DNA from: an archaeon
Lineage (GTDB): Archaea > SpSt-1190 > DYHY01
DNA length: 64,000 bases
NCBI GenBank assembly: GCA_037442745.1
Contig: JBBIPP010000009.1
Span: forward strand, 1 to 64,000
Direction of reading: 5' to 3'
The position numbers were made by a program, and so were the translations under genes. The notes beneath the pieces were generated by a model. It did not search any database and had not been told where the DNA came from. It saw only the letters and a program-made list of their open reading frames with translations. The stretch's first letter is position 1, and every line of letters starts with the position of its first letter. Below, piece after piece: positions 1 to 9,927 of this stretch.

Positions 1-136
1 CTCGCCAATTTTTCTTTTCAAAAAAGAAAAATCCGTTGACTGGCGTAAAGAAAACAAATTGCAGTTCGGATATCTCGGCTGATTCCTCTGGACAAGGATA
101 AGGGTTTTATTCTGGATCCTGATTTCCCCGTCTGAA

Positions 137-819
137 ATGGAACTATCCGGAAAAACCGCGGTCGTTATCGGCGGAGGAAGGGGCCCGGGGAAGGAGATTG
201 CCAGGTCGCTCTCGGAGAAAGGAGCTGTTGTCAAAATCCTTGCAAGAAGCCTGCCTGAGCTTGAACTTGCCTCGAAAGAATTTCCGGCAATTCCGATAAA
301 GTGTGACATAACAAAGGAAGAGGACGTCAAAACCGCTCTTGTGGAAATCGGGAAAATCGACGTCCTTGTCAACAATGCCGGAATCTGGGCGAAGACCGGA
401 GCATTCGAGAATTCGGACAATTCTGACACCCGGCGGATGTTTGAGGTCAACTTCTTCTCCCTTGCAAGGACATTAAAATTGGCTCTTCCGGGAATGAAAG
501 AGAGGAATTCTGGGACAATAGTGAATGTCCTCTCGACAAGCGCTCTTGATGGCAAGCCTAACCAGGCGCCCTATGTTGCCAGCAAGTTCACTGCAAAAGG
601 GCTCTCTGATGCCGTGAGAAGGGAGCTTTCAGGAACAGGAGTCAAAATAATCTGCGTATATCTAGGGGGAGTGAAGGCGGGAATTTTCTCAAAAGAGGAC
701 AGGAATCCTTCAAGCTATGGATATTTCATGGACCCGAAAGATGTTGCCGAAAAAATAGTCGCGAACATTGAAAAGTAAGCCCGGAAGAGGAGATTGTGAT
801 AAAGAGACCCGGCAAGTGA
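137..819 (+). CDS. Short-chain dehydrogenase/reductase (SDR) family oxidoreductase; probable 1-nt frameshift near the 3' end
   Basis: GGGRGPG (variant of TGxxxGxG), NNAG and YxxSK (PYVASK) motifs. The ORF stops at 778, but one extra A in the A-run at 771-774 gives the SDR-like tail VSPEEEIVIKRPGK ending at 819. Confidence 0.85.
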
Positions 820-832
820 GGAGAGGAAAGGA

Positions 833-1549
833 ATGGAAACTGAACTATTGTACCAAAAGGACATGTCAATGCGGGAATTCTCTGGGAAAATAGTCGAAGT
901 TCTTGATGGCGGAACGAAAATAATCCTTGACAGGACCGCTTTCTATCCGGCATCTGGAGGGATTGCGACTGACACAGGAACTCTCTGGCGGGGCGGGGAG
1001 GAATTCAAGGTTCTGGGAGCAAAGAAGAACGGATTGACAGTTGTCCATGAAGTTGATAGGGCCGGCCTTTTGGTTGGAGAGGAAATTCTCGGGAAAATAG
1101 ACTGGGGGAGAAGGGAAATCCTCTCTAAATACCACACCGCCGCCCACCTGATAACTGGGATGCTGACAACAAAGCACGGAATACTGGTAACTGGAAACCA
1201 GATGGATGTTTCCGGTGGGAGGATTGACGTTGACTGGGAAGGATTCTCCAGGGAGAATGTGCAGAAAGTAATTGATGAAGCGAACGAGTTTATCAGAAAA
1301 GACCTTCCAGTCAGAATCTACGAGCTCTCAAGAGAGGAGGTTGTGGAAAATCCGGAGTTCGTCAAGCTTGCAAAGGGGATACTCGACCTCCCGAAATACA
1401 GGATTGTTGAGATTGTCGGCTTGGACGCCCAGCCGGACGGAGGATGCCATGTCCCCTCTCTTGGGAAAATAGGCTCGTCCCTTGAATTCACCGGATATGA
1501 GAGCAAGGGAAAGAGGAACAAAAGGTTCAAGTTCGTTATCCGGGATTGA
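833..1549 (+). CDS. alaX: Alanyl-tRNA editing protein (AlaX-M type)
   Basis: LDRTAFYPASGG, HTAAH and GGCHV Zn-binding editing motifs; 238 aa; C-terminal KGKRNKR. Confidence 0.9.
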   Translation: METELLYQKDMSMREFSGKIVEVLDGGTKIILDRTAFYPASGGIATDTGTLWRGGEEFKVLGAKKNGLTVVHEVDRAGLLVGEEILGKIDWGRREILSKYHTAAHLITGMLTTKHGILVTGNQMDVSGGRIDVDWEGFSRENVQKVIDEANEFIRKDLPVRIYELSREEVVENPEFVKLAKGILDLPKYRIVEIVGLDAQPDGGCHVPSLGKIGSSLEFTGYESKGKRNKRFKFVIRD

Positions 1550-1689
1550 GTTTGCCCGTAAAGATTTGAAAAGGGAAACCGCCAATCCGATGGATTGGCT
1601 TTTTGGGGGGGTAGGATTACCCTAAAACTGGGGGGTGGAGCCCCACGGGTTGGGGAGGCAAAAGGTTCAAGTTCGTTATCCGGGATTGA
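1519..1689. repeat. 31-bp perfect direct repeat (1519-1549 and 1659-1689) flanking a 109-bp hairpin-rich spacer
   Basis: CAAAAGGTTCAAGTTCGTTATCCGGGATTGA occurs twice; the first copy is the end of alaX including its stop codon. Confidence 0.95.
1581..1604 (+). terminator. Hairpin plus T-tract downstream of alaX
   Basis: GCCAATCC-GAT-GGATTGGC followed by TTTTT. Confidence 0.5.
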
Positions 1690-1723
1690 TTCGATGCCGG
1701 TCTTTGTGCCGGCGTTGGTGGCT

Positions 1724-2170
1724 TTAGGAATCGGACCTCCAAGATCTTTCAAGTTCTGAAAACTCCATCTCAATCAGCGCGCCTGTCCTGATTTTTTTCA
1801 ATTCTTCGGACGCATCAGTGCCTTTCGCCTTGGAAAGCATTATTGAAAGGAACATTCCTTGCGTGACAACGAGCAAAGTCTTCTCATTCTTTCCGGAAAG
1901 AAGGGCAACCAATTGCCTTGCCCGATTCCTTGCTGAGGGAATTGACTCCCAGATTTCCGAGGCTTCCGAGGCGTCCTCTGAAAGATATCTCGACACAACA
2001 TCGAAATATCCTCAGTCAATGAACCCGGACTTTCTCCCGTCAATCTCTGACGCCGGGGGAGTCTCGTCCGGGGGAAGTTCAAGCCTATCAGAAATCTCTT
2101 TTGCAGTCAACAGCGCCTTTTTTCGGGGGAAGAGATTATTCTCCCGACCCCCGAGAGCTTTCCCGAAGAT
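1724..2170 (-). pseudogene. Histidine phosphatase (phosphoglycerate mutase-like) remnant
   Basis: Stitched minus-strand frames read RIISSPEK..ALLTAKEISDRLEL...WESIPSARNR...LLVVTQGMFL. There is an internal TGA and a frameshift, no N-terminal RHG, and the second catalytic His is replaced by Q. The upstream boundary is approximate. Confidence 0.65.
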
Positions 2171-2293
2171 AAAAGCGCTTCCAAAGATTGACGCGCAGAA
2201 TAATCATGGCCAAATTCGCTCGCATGCCTGTCCTTTTCCATTTTCGGCTTAATGGCGGAGGAACGGGATTTTTATGGGAGCCATTTTTTCATC

Positions 2294-2921
2294 TCAAAGG
2301 GGAGCGAGCCGTATTCCTGAGGCTTTGAGGTCTGAATGGAATTTCCCGAAATCCTCGTACAGAAATGCCCTGAAACCGAGAGCTTTTGCCGCCGAAACGT
2401 TTCCGTGGTTGTCGTCAGAAATGAAAATCTCTCCGGGGGCGAGCTCTGCTCTTCTGGCTAGCTCTAGGAAAATCTCTTTTTCTGGCTTGAGCGACCCCAG
2501 CTGATAGGACGCCACAATTGTATCGAATGTCTTTGATAGGGCGAATTTCCCCTCAAGGCCGTCCAACCTCTCCTTGAAGTTGTTCGTGCAGACAATGAGC
2601 CGGTATCCTGCTGTCTTCAGTGTCTTTGTCAGCTTCTCCGCCTCTCTGTTAACTTCATAGCCCGAGAGAAGGAGACCGACTAGCTCGTCCTTTGTCGCCC
2701 TTATTTTCCATTCCTTTGCAGCATATTCCCAGAACTCGTCCCCAGTCATTTTCCCGGCCTTGTAGAGCTTGTTCATCTCCGGGCTTTTCAGGAAAACCCT
2801 TTGGGCATCCGCGACCGAAACCCCGTACTTCTTCCCGAGATTCTCAATGAACCTTTCCTTGCCTTTCAGCAAGTACACTCCGTCCAGGTCGAACACAATT
2901 CCCTTTATTGCCGTTTTTCAT
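2294..2921 (-). CDS. HAD-superfamily phosphatase; apparent +1 frameshift just after the ATG
   Basis: FDLDGV motif I, CTNN, KPEKEIF and ISDD. The ATG at 2921 is one base out of frame with AIKGIVFDLD across an A5 run. Confidence 0.85.
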
Positions 2922-2930
2922 TCAACTCCT

Positions 2931-3425
2931 TTATTCGGGAACGAATCCGAACTTTCTCACCATTTCGCGGCGCTCCTTTTCCTCTTCCACGTTTTCGGCC
3001 CGCTCCGCGGGAGTGCCGTCAACAACTCCCAGAACCGATTTCCCGAACGTTGTTTTCCCGACAATTATCTCGAGGGGATTGCTTGTTGCGCAATAGATGC
3101 CGGCAACGCAAGGGTGGGAGCGGACTGCTGAGACGACTTGTATTGGGTATGCGTCCTTCATGAAAATGCAGAACACATGCCCGGCCCCTATTGCAATGGC
3201 AGCCTTTGCTGCTAGGCCTTTTGCAGTCTCATCGTTCCCTACGACCCTTGTCAGCTTCGGCTTTGCCTCGTTCATTGCAATCCCGAACTTGGCTTTGGGA
3301 ACTGCCGAATAGACAATTGTGTAGAGGTCGTCAATTGTCTTTACTGAAAAATTCCCCTGGCCAATTATCATTTCGTGGAGGTTGTCTTCGGGATTCTCTA
3401 TTTTCACTGCGGAAATTTCGACCAT
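2931..3425 (-). CDS. Adenosine-specific kinase family protein (DUF355)
   Basis: IIGQGNF..KT.DDL, GAGHVF, YCATSNPLEIIV and GVVDG motifs; 164 aa. Confidence 0.85.
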   Translation of the reverse strand: MVEISAVKIENPEDNLHEMIIGQGNFSVKTIDDLYTIVYSAVPKAKFGIAMNEAKPKLTRVVGNDETAKGLAAKAAIAIGAGHVFCIFMKDAYPIQVVSAVRSHPCVAGIYCATSNPLEIIVGKTTFGKSVLGVVDGTPAERAENVEEEKERREMVRKFGFVPE

Positions 3426-3449
3426 TCAGAAGAATTTGGAAGCGGAGTT

Positions 3450-4364
3450 TTAACATTTGTCCCAAATTAGCCGGTTTTCCCTCATTTCTGAGCGGACCTT
3501 TCCAGTTTCTTCGAGATAGGAAAGATGCGCCTTGAAAATTGTCAGGTGAAGGAAATACTGGGTGAGGCCAAAAGACTGACCAATTGACTCGGCATATCGG
3601 GAAACCATATATTCAACCGCGCAGGCGGAGGCGAACGAGAGCACAGTCTCTGACGCGGAAGATAACTTTGACTTGTTCCTCTCCAATATCCCGGGGATTT
3701 CCTCCCCTGAAAAAACGCTTCCGTGGCCTGGGACAACTCGGGTGATTTTTCCCTCCGAATGGAGCTCTTTTATTTTTTCCAGGGTTGAGATTGCCTGACC
3801 GACGTCCGAACAGAACAATAGCTTGTGTTTTTCAAGAGTCTCTCCGGAGAAAATCGAGTCGCCTGCAAAAAGGGTTCCCCGGGAAAGATAGCCCATCTGG
3901 TTGAACGAGTGCCCGGGAAGGGAGATTGCTTCTATTGAGAACGCTTCCGGAAGGTTCGGGACAGGTCCTTCCTTGGATATCTCGAAATCGACCGGAGACT
4001 GAACGCCCATCAAGTGCTTGTTTTTCGTTCCAGCCGGGGATTTCGCCATTCCCCAGAGAGCATATCCCTCGAGCTCTGGATTGCGGAGTGTGTCTGACTC
4101 TATTTTCGGGCAGAACACCTTGGCAGATGTCCGCTCAACAAGAATCGCGTTCCCGGAGAAGTGATCAGAATGCGCATGGGTGTTGAGAATTGCTACCAAG
4201 CGAAGTGAGTTTTCAGAGAGGATTGCGGAAATCCTCCTTCCGAAACCCTCGTCAATTCCGGTGTCAATAACTATTGCATTGTTCCCTGAGGTTACGACGC
4301 CACAGTTTACCCGCCCGAGTATTGCACCGAGGTCCTCGGACATTCTCGAGAATTCGGCGGCCAT
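3450..4364 (-). CDS. MBL-fold metallo-hydrolase
   Basis: THAHSDH, LPGHS, FAGD and VPGHG motifs. Confidence 0.9.
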   Translation of the reverse strand: MAAEFSRMSEDLGAILGRVNCGVVTSGNNAIVIDTGIDEGFGRRISAILSENSLRLVAILNTHAHSDHFSGNAILVERTSAKVFCPKIESDTLRNPELEGYALWGMAKSPAGTKNKHLMGVQSPVDFEISKEGPVPNLPEAFSIEAISLPGHSFNQMGYLSRGTLFAGDSIFSGETLEKHKLLFCSDVGQAISTLEKIKELHSEGKITRVVPGHGSVFSGEEIPGILERNKSKLSSASETVLSFASACAVEYMVSRYAESIGQSFGLTQYFLHLTIFKAHLSYLEETGKVRSEMRENRLIWDKC

Positions 4365-4367
4365 TCC

Positions 4368-5597
4368 CTAGAATACCTTTAGCTTCCCAGAGAGAACTTT
4401 CTCGCGCAGAGAGACAATATCGGAAAGCATCTTGTCGGAAACTTTTCTTGCCAGGGCTGAATCGCGCTCGAATTGTGAGGAAGCTATCTGGACTTCGCAG
4501 ACAAGGGGCCTGTCTATCGGAGTGCCTATTCTTGAGAGTATTTTGACATGGCACTCTCGGACAGTTCCGGATTTTGACACAATTTCCCGGGCAATCTCGT
4601 TCGCAAGGAGGTTGTATATTTTCCCGACATGGGAGACCGGGTTCTTTCCGGCAGCTGCTTCAAGACTCATTGGCCTCATCGGGGTTATCAGGCCGTTGAC
4701 CCTGTTGCCTCTCCCGACCGCGCCCGCGTCCCCTCCTTCTGCGGATGTCCCGGTTACCGTGATATAGCTTCCGTCAGCTTTCCCTCCGTCCGCGGTGTTC
4801 ACCTTTATTTCCTTCAGGGAATATCCTTTCCTCTTCGAAAGCGCCTTTTTTGCGAAGAGTGCAATGTCCTTCTCGAGGGTCTTCTTCACTTTTGAGTATT
4901 CTTCAAGGCTTTTCACCCTTGAAGCTATTATTGCCACTGCGACCGTGAGAGTTATTTCCCGCCCTTCCCGGAGCCCCATCACCTTTATGTCCGTTCCGAC
5001 CGCGGGGTTTTTCCTCTTGTATTCTTCCGAGTTCAACCTCTCCTCAATTTCCTTGACTAGGTTTTCAGTGGCGCTCAGGGGCCAAAAGCCTACTCCGAAG
5101 CTCGTGTCGTTCGCTCTAGGGACCTTTCCCTTGAGCCTTCCCTTCTCCATCTCGTAGTTCTTCGTCAGGTCAGTCGAGCATTCGGCAATCTTTGACTCTA
5201 TTTCCACCCGCTCTTCCATTGCTAGGAGGGGAACAGCTTTCCTCAAATATCCCATTGCCGCCCTCCTTGCAATCTCGTCGACCGGGATTTTTTTTCCCTC
5301 GTGCTCGAAAGTCGCCTGGCCGGAGAGAATGATGTTCACCGGCTTTAGGAACCTGCCCTCCCCGAAAGAGCGCTCAACTCGCCCGCTTGAGAGCTGGCCT
5401 TTGTCGGTGTTATGGTGCAGGATTGCTCCTGAGAACATTTTCTTGTATTCCCTCGAGAGTTCGCGCGAGACCTCCTCCATCATCCCATCCATTATTGAAT
5501 CTGGATGGCCTATGCCCTTCCGTTCGACAATTTCGACCGGAAGGTTCTCTATTTCCTCGGAAAGCAGGCCTTCCACTATTATGTTTCGCTCAGCCAT
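4368..5597 (-). CDS. mat: Archaeal S-adenosylmethionine synthetase
   Basis: EIVERKGIGHPD, HHNTDK, ANDTSFGVG, GRGNRVNGLITP and AAAGKNPVSHVGKIYN. Confidence 0.97.
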   Translation of the reverse strand: MAERNIIVEGLLSEEIENLPVEIVERKGIGHPDSIMDGMMEEVSRELSREYKKMFSGAILHHNTDKGQLSSGRVERSFGEGRFLKPVNIILSGQATFEHEGKKIPVDEIARRAAMGYLRKAVPLLAMEERVEIESKIAECSTDLTKNYEMEKGRLKGKVPRANDTSFGVGFWPLSATENLVKEIEERLNSEEYKRKNPAVGTDIKVMGLREGREITLTVAVAIIASRVKSLEEYSKVKKTLEKDIALFAKKALSKRKGYSLKEIKVNTADGGKADGSYITVTGTSAEGGDAGAVGRGNRVNGLITPMRPMSLEAAAGKNPVSHVGKIYNLLANEIAREIVSKSGTVRECHVKILSRIGTPIDRPLVCEVQIASSQFERDSALARKVSDKMLSDIVSLREKVLSGKLKVF

Positions 5598-5669
5598 TTT
5601 CCTGGAAATTGCCTTTCGGTTTAAATTGGAAACGATAATTCTTTAAAGAATATTAGTATTACTAAAAGA

Positions 5670-6233
5670 ATGATACTTCCGGAACTCTCAGAAATCAGGG
5701 AAAGGAGAAGGAGCCTGATGATAAGCCAGGCCATCCTTTCCAGAGTCGCGGGGATAAGCCAGGGCGCGCTCTCAAAAATTGAGCGAGGGGAGAGCGACCC
5801 CTCCTACTCGACAGTCAAGGGGCTATTCGGATTCTTTTCCACCATTGAAAGAGAGGCCAAGACAGGGACTGTTGAGAAAATAATGACCAAGAATGTAGTG
5901 AAAGTGGAGGAAGGGACGAGAGTGTCTGACGCGGCCCGCCTGATGAGGGGGCAGGGGCTGTCACAGCTCCCGGTTTTCCGGGGAAGGATCGCAATAGGGA
6001 GCGTCTCGGAAAAGTCGATAATTGCCGAGATAGAAAAGGCCGGATTCGGCTCAGCCTATGGAAAGAAGGTCGAGGAAGTTATGCTTCCCCCTTTCCCCGT
6101 CGTCCCGGAAGGGAGCCCGACAAAGGCGGTTTTCGGGATTCTTGAGAATTTTTCAGCAGTCCTGATCTCCTCGAAGAAGGACGGATCAATTGTGGGGATT
6201 GTTTCGAGAGCGGACGTCCTGAGAATGGGTTAG
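5670..6233 (+). CDS. XRE-type HTH plus CBS-pair transcriptional regulator
   Basis: N-terminal SQ..L...AGISQGALSKIERGESDP HTH followed by two CBS domains (SQLPV, GIVSRADVL). Confidence 0.9.
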   Translation: MILPELSEIRERRRSLMISQAILSRVAGISQGALSKIERGESDPSYSTVKGLFGFFSTIEREAKTGTVEKIMTKNVVKVEEGTRVSDAARLMRGQGLSQLPVFRGRIAIGSVSEKSIIAEIEKAGFGSAYGKKVEEVMLPPFPVVPEGSPTKAVFGILENFSAVLISSKKDGSIVGIVSRADVLRMG

Positions 6234-6261
6234 GAGATTTTTCGCAAACACTATTGCGTAA

Positions 6262-6670
6262 TTATGTCCGTATTCCTTCGAGCACTTGGCAATATGCATA
6301 GTTGATATGGTATTTCTCAGCCTTCTTTCCCTTGAGGCACTTTTCAGTCTCTCCTTCAGCCACTCTGGGACCGCGTTGTATTGGCCCTCGAAGACCTTTT
6401 AGACGAACCTCCGGGAAAGCCTGACGTTCTCTGCTCAACTGACCGCCTTCGTTACTGATATGTACATTCTGATTTCCATTTGGATTGGTTGTAGGCAATT
6501 GAGAGAAAGTCAACCAATTTTGGAAGCGCTTTTGCTTTTTCGGCATTAGAAATTCGGAAAGTCGTTGCCTGTCCGAAATTTTGGATGGTGTGCAGTATCT
6601 TGATGACCTCATACTTGAATGTTTTGTTCTTCCAGAAGAACTCTCTTTTGTCCAATTTCTTCGGGTTCAT
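6262..6670 (-). pseudogene. Fragmented ORFs of unknown origin upstream of tRNA-Gly
   Basis: Two overlapping short minus-strand ORFs (6452-6670 and 6262-6612) in an AT-richer stretch; no recognisable family. Confidence 0.25.
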
Positions 6671-6932
6671 CTTGGGGCAGGGGATTCCTTCAGTTTCCTT
6701 CCCCTCAGAACAATCGCCTTCGCAGCAGTCAATTCAACGGAAACTCGGCTGACTATAAGAAGGCTATCGGAGACTGCCCAAAATAAATTTGAAAACCTCA
6801 GGAATAGGCTGAATATTGAAATTCTGCTATAATTTGGTCAGTGCCGATGAGCGGATTTCGCTTCGCTCAACCTAGTTGGTTGGTTCTTGGATAATGTTAA
6901 AAACTGCCACAAAGTACCACATTTTGCTTAAC

Positions 6933-7005
6933 GCGGCTATCATCTAGCCTGGTAGGATTCGAGCCTTCCAAGCTCGCAACGCGGGTTCAAATCCCGCTGG
7001 CCGCA
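6933..7005 (+). tRNA. tRNA-Gly (TCC)
   Basis: Acceptor stem GCGGCTA/TGGCCGC, anticodon arm CGAGC-CTTCCAA-GCTCG, T-arm GCGGG-TTCAAAT-CCCGC; CCA not encoded. Confidence 0.95.
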
Positions 7006-7215
7006 CTTTAACCAATTTTATTTCGAGAAAGCCGTGGCTCTGCCCGGATTCTCTGCGGAGCAAAAATCCGTTGACGGGTGTAAGAAAGACTGCTGATTCT
7101 CTTCGAGCCCGCCATTTGGCCAATGTTTCCTAAAACTTGGTTGAGAATCCGGCTTGCTACACCTCAACCAATTTCTTGCCAATAATTATTAAGGGCTCTC
7201 TGAAAAGAGAGGATT

Positions 7216-8193
7216 ATGGCGAACTCACAAAAGGAAAAGAACATCTCGTTCAAGCGCAAAATAACCGAAAAGAGGACGTCTAGACAGGCCGCTAGGGGCT
7301 TCTCTCCATCCGGAAAAATGGCAGTATCCGAATTCCTCGAGAAATCCGCGACCCTAGGGTTCCAAGCGACCGAACTCTCGAGGGCAATTGGAATAATTAA
7401 GAAGGCCAGGGGCGAGGGCGCGAAAATATTCCTCTCAATTACTTCGAACATTGTCTCGTCTGGACTTCGGGAGGTTGTTGCCTCAATGTGCGAGAGGAAG
7501 CTCATCAACTCAATAATAACAACCACAGGTTCAGTCGAGGAGGATGTTATGAAAACCCGGTTCGACTTTTCCCTGGGAGAGTTCGATTCGGACGATTCGG
7601 AAACGAAGAAAATGGGGCTAAATCGGATTGGGAACGTCTTCGTCCCCGACGAAGCATACTGCTTCATGGAGGATTTCGACAATTCTATTTTCCCCGAATT
7701 CAAGGATGGCTGGCTAATTCCTTCGGAATACTGCAAAAAGGCGGGGGGACGGCTATCCGACAAGAAATCCTTCCTTTATTGGGCGGCGAAAAACGACATT
7801 CCCGTCTTCCTCCCGGGGTTTGTTGACGGGGCAATAGGGGACCATATCTATTTCTTCAACAAAGGAAAGAAAAGGGAAGACAGGCTTGTCGTCGACCAGT
7901 CAGCTGAACTGGAAAAATTCTATGACATTGTACTTTCGGCTGAAAAGACCGCTGGATTGATTGTCGGTGGCGGGATTGCGAAACACCACCTTATAGGCGC
8001 CGCAATCCTCAGGAACGGCCTTGACTATGCTGTCTATATCTCGACAGGAACTGCCGGGGATGGCTCCCTCTCAGGGGCAAGGCCGACTGAGGCTGTCAGC
8101 TGGAACAAGCTGAAGGACAGGAAAATGTCGGCGTTCGTCGAGTCGGAGGCAACGCTTGTCCTTCCCCTCCTTGTTGCCGGAATTTCCGAGTGA
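7216..8193 (+). CDS. dhs: Deoxyhypusine synthase / homospermidine synthase-like protein
   Basis: TSNIVSSGLRE, NRIGN, GGGIAKHH and DGSLSGARPTEAVSWNK, which retains the catalytic Lys. Confidence 0.93.
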   Translation: MANSQKEKNISFKRKITEKRTSRQAARGFSPSGKMAVSEFLEKSATLGFQATELSRAIGIIKKARGEGAKIFLSITSNIVSSGLREVVASMCERKLINSIITTTGSVEEDVMKTRFDFSLGEFDSDDSETKKMGLNRIGNVFVPDEAYCFMEDFDNSIFPEFKDGWLIPSEYCKKAGGRLSDKKSFLYWAAKNDIPVFLPGFVDGAIGDHIYFFNKGKKREDRLVVDQSAELEKFYDIVLSAEKTAGLIVGGGIAKHHLIGAAILRNGLDYAVYISTGTAGDGSLSGARPTEAVSWNKLKDRKMSAFVESEATLVLPLLVAGISE

Positions 8194-9909
8194 CTATTTC
8201 TGGGCTGGCTGTGGTTGCTGGACGTGCTTTTGAGGAGAGGCTTCTTTATGAGCCTGCTGAGCATAAGAGTGGGCGACAGACGCCTTTTCCTTTGCGTGGA
8301 GAGCAACTCCTTCCTGAATATCTGAGGAGCTCGGCTGGGCGTCAATTTCCCTGTTCATCACAGGCTCGCCTTCCCCTTCCCCGAAAATATCCTTTCCTAT
8401 TCCGAGCCTTGTCAGGTTGGTCAAGGTCTTCAGTTCGTGTGGTTCGGCGAGCTTCAAGACGTCTAGCTCGGGCGCGAACATGTCGGCATATCTCTCGCGC
8501 CTCCGGACAAGCTTCAACTCACCCGACTCCGTTACCATTACAATTGGCGCCCGCTTCAAGGTGTTGAAATTCGAGGCAATAACGTTGCTATAGCATCCGC
8601 AGTCCATTATTGCCATAATGTCCCCCGGGACTGTTGATTCCGGAAGCTTCCTGTTCTGCCCAAGAATGTCTTCAGAATCGCAGGTGTTCCCGGCAATGTC
8701 GAATATTGCGGAATGCTTCTGGCTCATTTTTGTTGCGGAGATTATCTCGTAATACCAGTCATATATCAGGGGGTCGGGGACAAATGCATAAGTCGATCCG
8801 TCGAGAATTACTGTCTTCTTCGAGCCCAGTGGCTTGACTGACACAGCCTTTGCGAGGCCAATTCCCGCGTTTGCGACAAGCGCTTTTCCGGGCTCAAAAA
8901 TCAGGGTCGGTTCAGCTCCCTTGAAGCCGTATTTGGAAACAAGCTCCTTGAACCTTGCTATTATTTTCGGGCCTTCAATTGATATGTCCATTACTTTTGT
9001 CTTTTCGTCATGCTCTATCGGAAAGCCCCCTCCGAGGTCAATGTATTTTATCGAGTGGCCATAGGCATCCCGGACATATTTCCCGAGGCGAAGAAGCTTT
9101 TCCGCCCCGAGCGTATATACCCAGGGCCCGTCAATATATGCCCCGTGGAAATGAAATCCCAAAAGCTCGAGCTTTGGGCTTTTCATTACCTTGTCAATTA
9201 GTGGCTTGGCAATGTCAATCGGAATCCCGTATTTGTGATGCAGGGTTGAATACCTTCCCCGACGTATAAGGGGGTTCACCCTGAAGAAAATGCCTATTTT
9301 CCGGTTGAGATATTCCCCGACTTTTTCAACCCGCTCTATCTCCTCTTCGGAATCGACGGTTATTGCCTTAACTCCGACTCTCGCGGCGAAGAGGATGTCT
9401 TGCGCGGTCTTGTAGAGGTTTGTGAAGGTTATCTGTTCAGGCTTGTGGTCGGCAAGGATTGCCAATATTATTTCTCCGACGCTTGATGCGTCAATTTCCA
9501 CCCCCTCTTCCTGGCAGATTTTCAGTATTGAGAGGTTGCTGTTCGCTTTCGCCGCATATTGGACCTCTAGCTTCTGGTAGGGAAAGGATTTCTTGAAATT
9601 CCTCATTCTCGCTCGTATTGTCTTTTCCGAGAGGACATAAACGGGGGTCCCGAATTTGTTCGCAAGCTCCTTTACGGATATCCCGTCAACTGTCATTGTG
9701 TCTTCGGGAGATATTCCGATGAAAGGCCACCTTTTCCGAAGGAAGTGCTCCCCTCCGTGGTGGGCTGGCTTGTCCTTGTGTGTAGCTGGAATTGCCTGGG
9801 AACTTTTCTGGGATTGGGACGGGTGGAGCTCTGGTTGAGAAACAATGTTGTTGTTATTCATTTCTTTTGTCTCGCGTCCCTCTTGGGGAGAGGAAAACCC
9901 GCGCGCCAA
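8194..9909 (-). CDS. PLP-dependent group IV decarboxylase (DAP/ornithine/lysine/arginine family) with low-complexity termini
   Basis: GTPVYV, YAAKAN (PLP Lys), HFHG, DLGGGF, EPGK, GNTCDSED and GCYS. Confidence 0.9.
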   Translation of the reverse strand: MARGFSSPQEGRETKEMNNNNIVSQPELHPSQSQKSSQAIPATHKDKPAHHGGEHFLRKRWPFIGISPEDTMTVDGISVKELANKFGTPVYVLSEKTIRARMRNFKKSFPYQKLEVQYAAKANSNLSILKICQEEGVEIDASSVGEIILAILADHKPEQITFTNLYKTAQDILFAARVGVKAITVDSEEEIERVEKVGEYLNRKIGIFFRVNPLIRRGRYSTLHHKYGIPIDIAKPLIDKVMKSPKLELLGFHFHGAYIDGPWVYTLGAEKLLRLGKYVRDAYGHSIKYIDLGGGFPIEHDEKTKVMDISIEGPKIIARFKELVSKYGFKGAEPTLIFEPGKALVANAGIGLAKAVSVKPLGSKKTVILDGSTYAFVPDPLIYDWYYEIISATKMSQKHSAIFDIAGNTCDSEDILGQNRKLPESTVPGDIMAIMDCGCYSNVIASNFNTLKRAPIVMVTESGELKLVRRRERYADMFAPELDVLKLAEPHELKTLTNLTRLGIGKDIFGEGEGEPVMNREIDAQPSSSDIQEGVALHAKEKASVAHSYAQQAHKEASPQKHVQQPQPAQK

Positions 9910-9927
9910 TTTTTAAGTTTTTTTATT

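Noticed and set aside
6843-6875. Integron attC-like site (GAGCG...TTCGCTTCGCTC)
   Set aside because: Only a short hairpin, with no clear RYYYAAC/GTTRRRY pair, no cassette array and no integrase.
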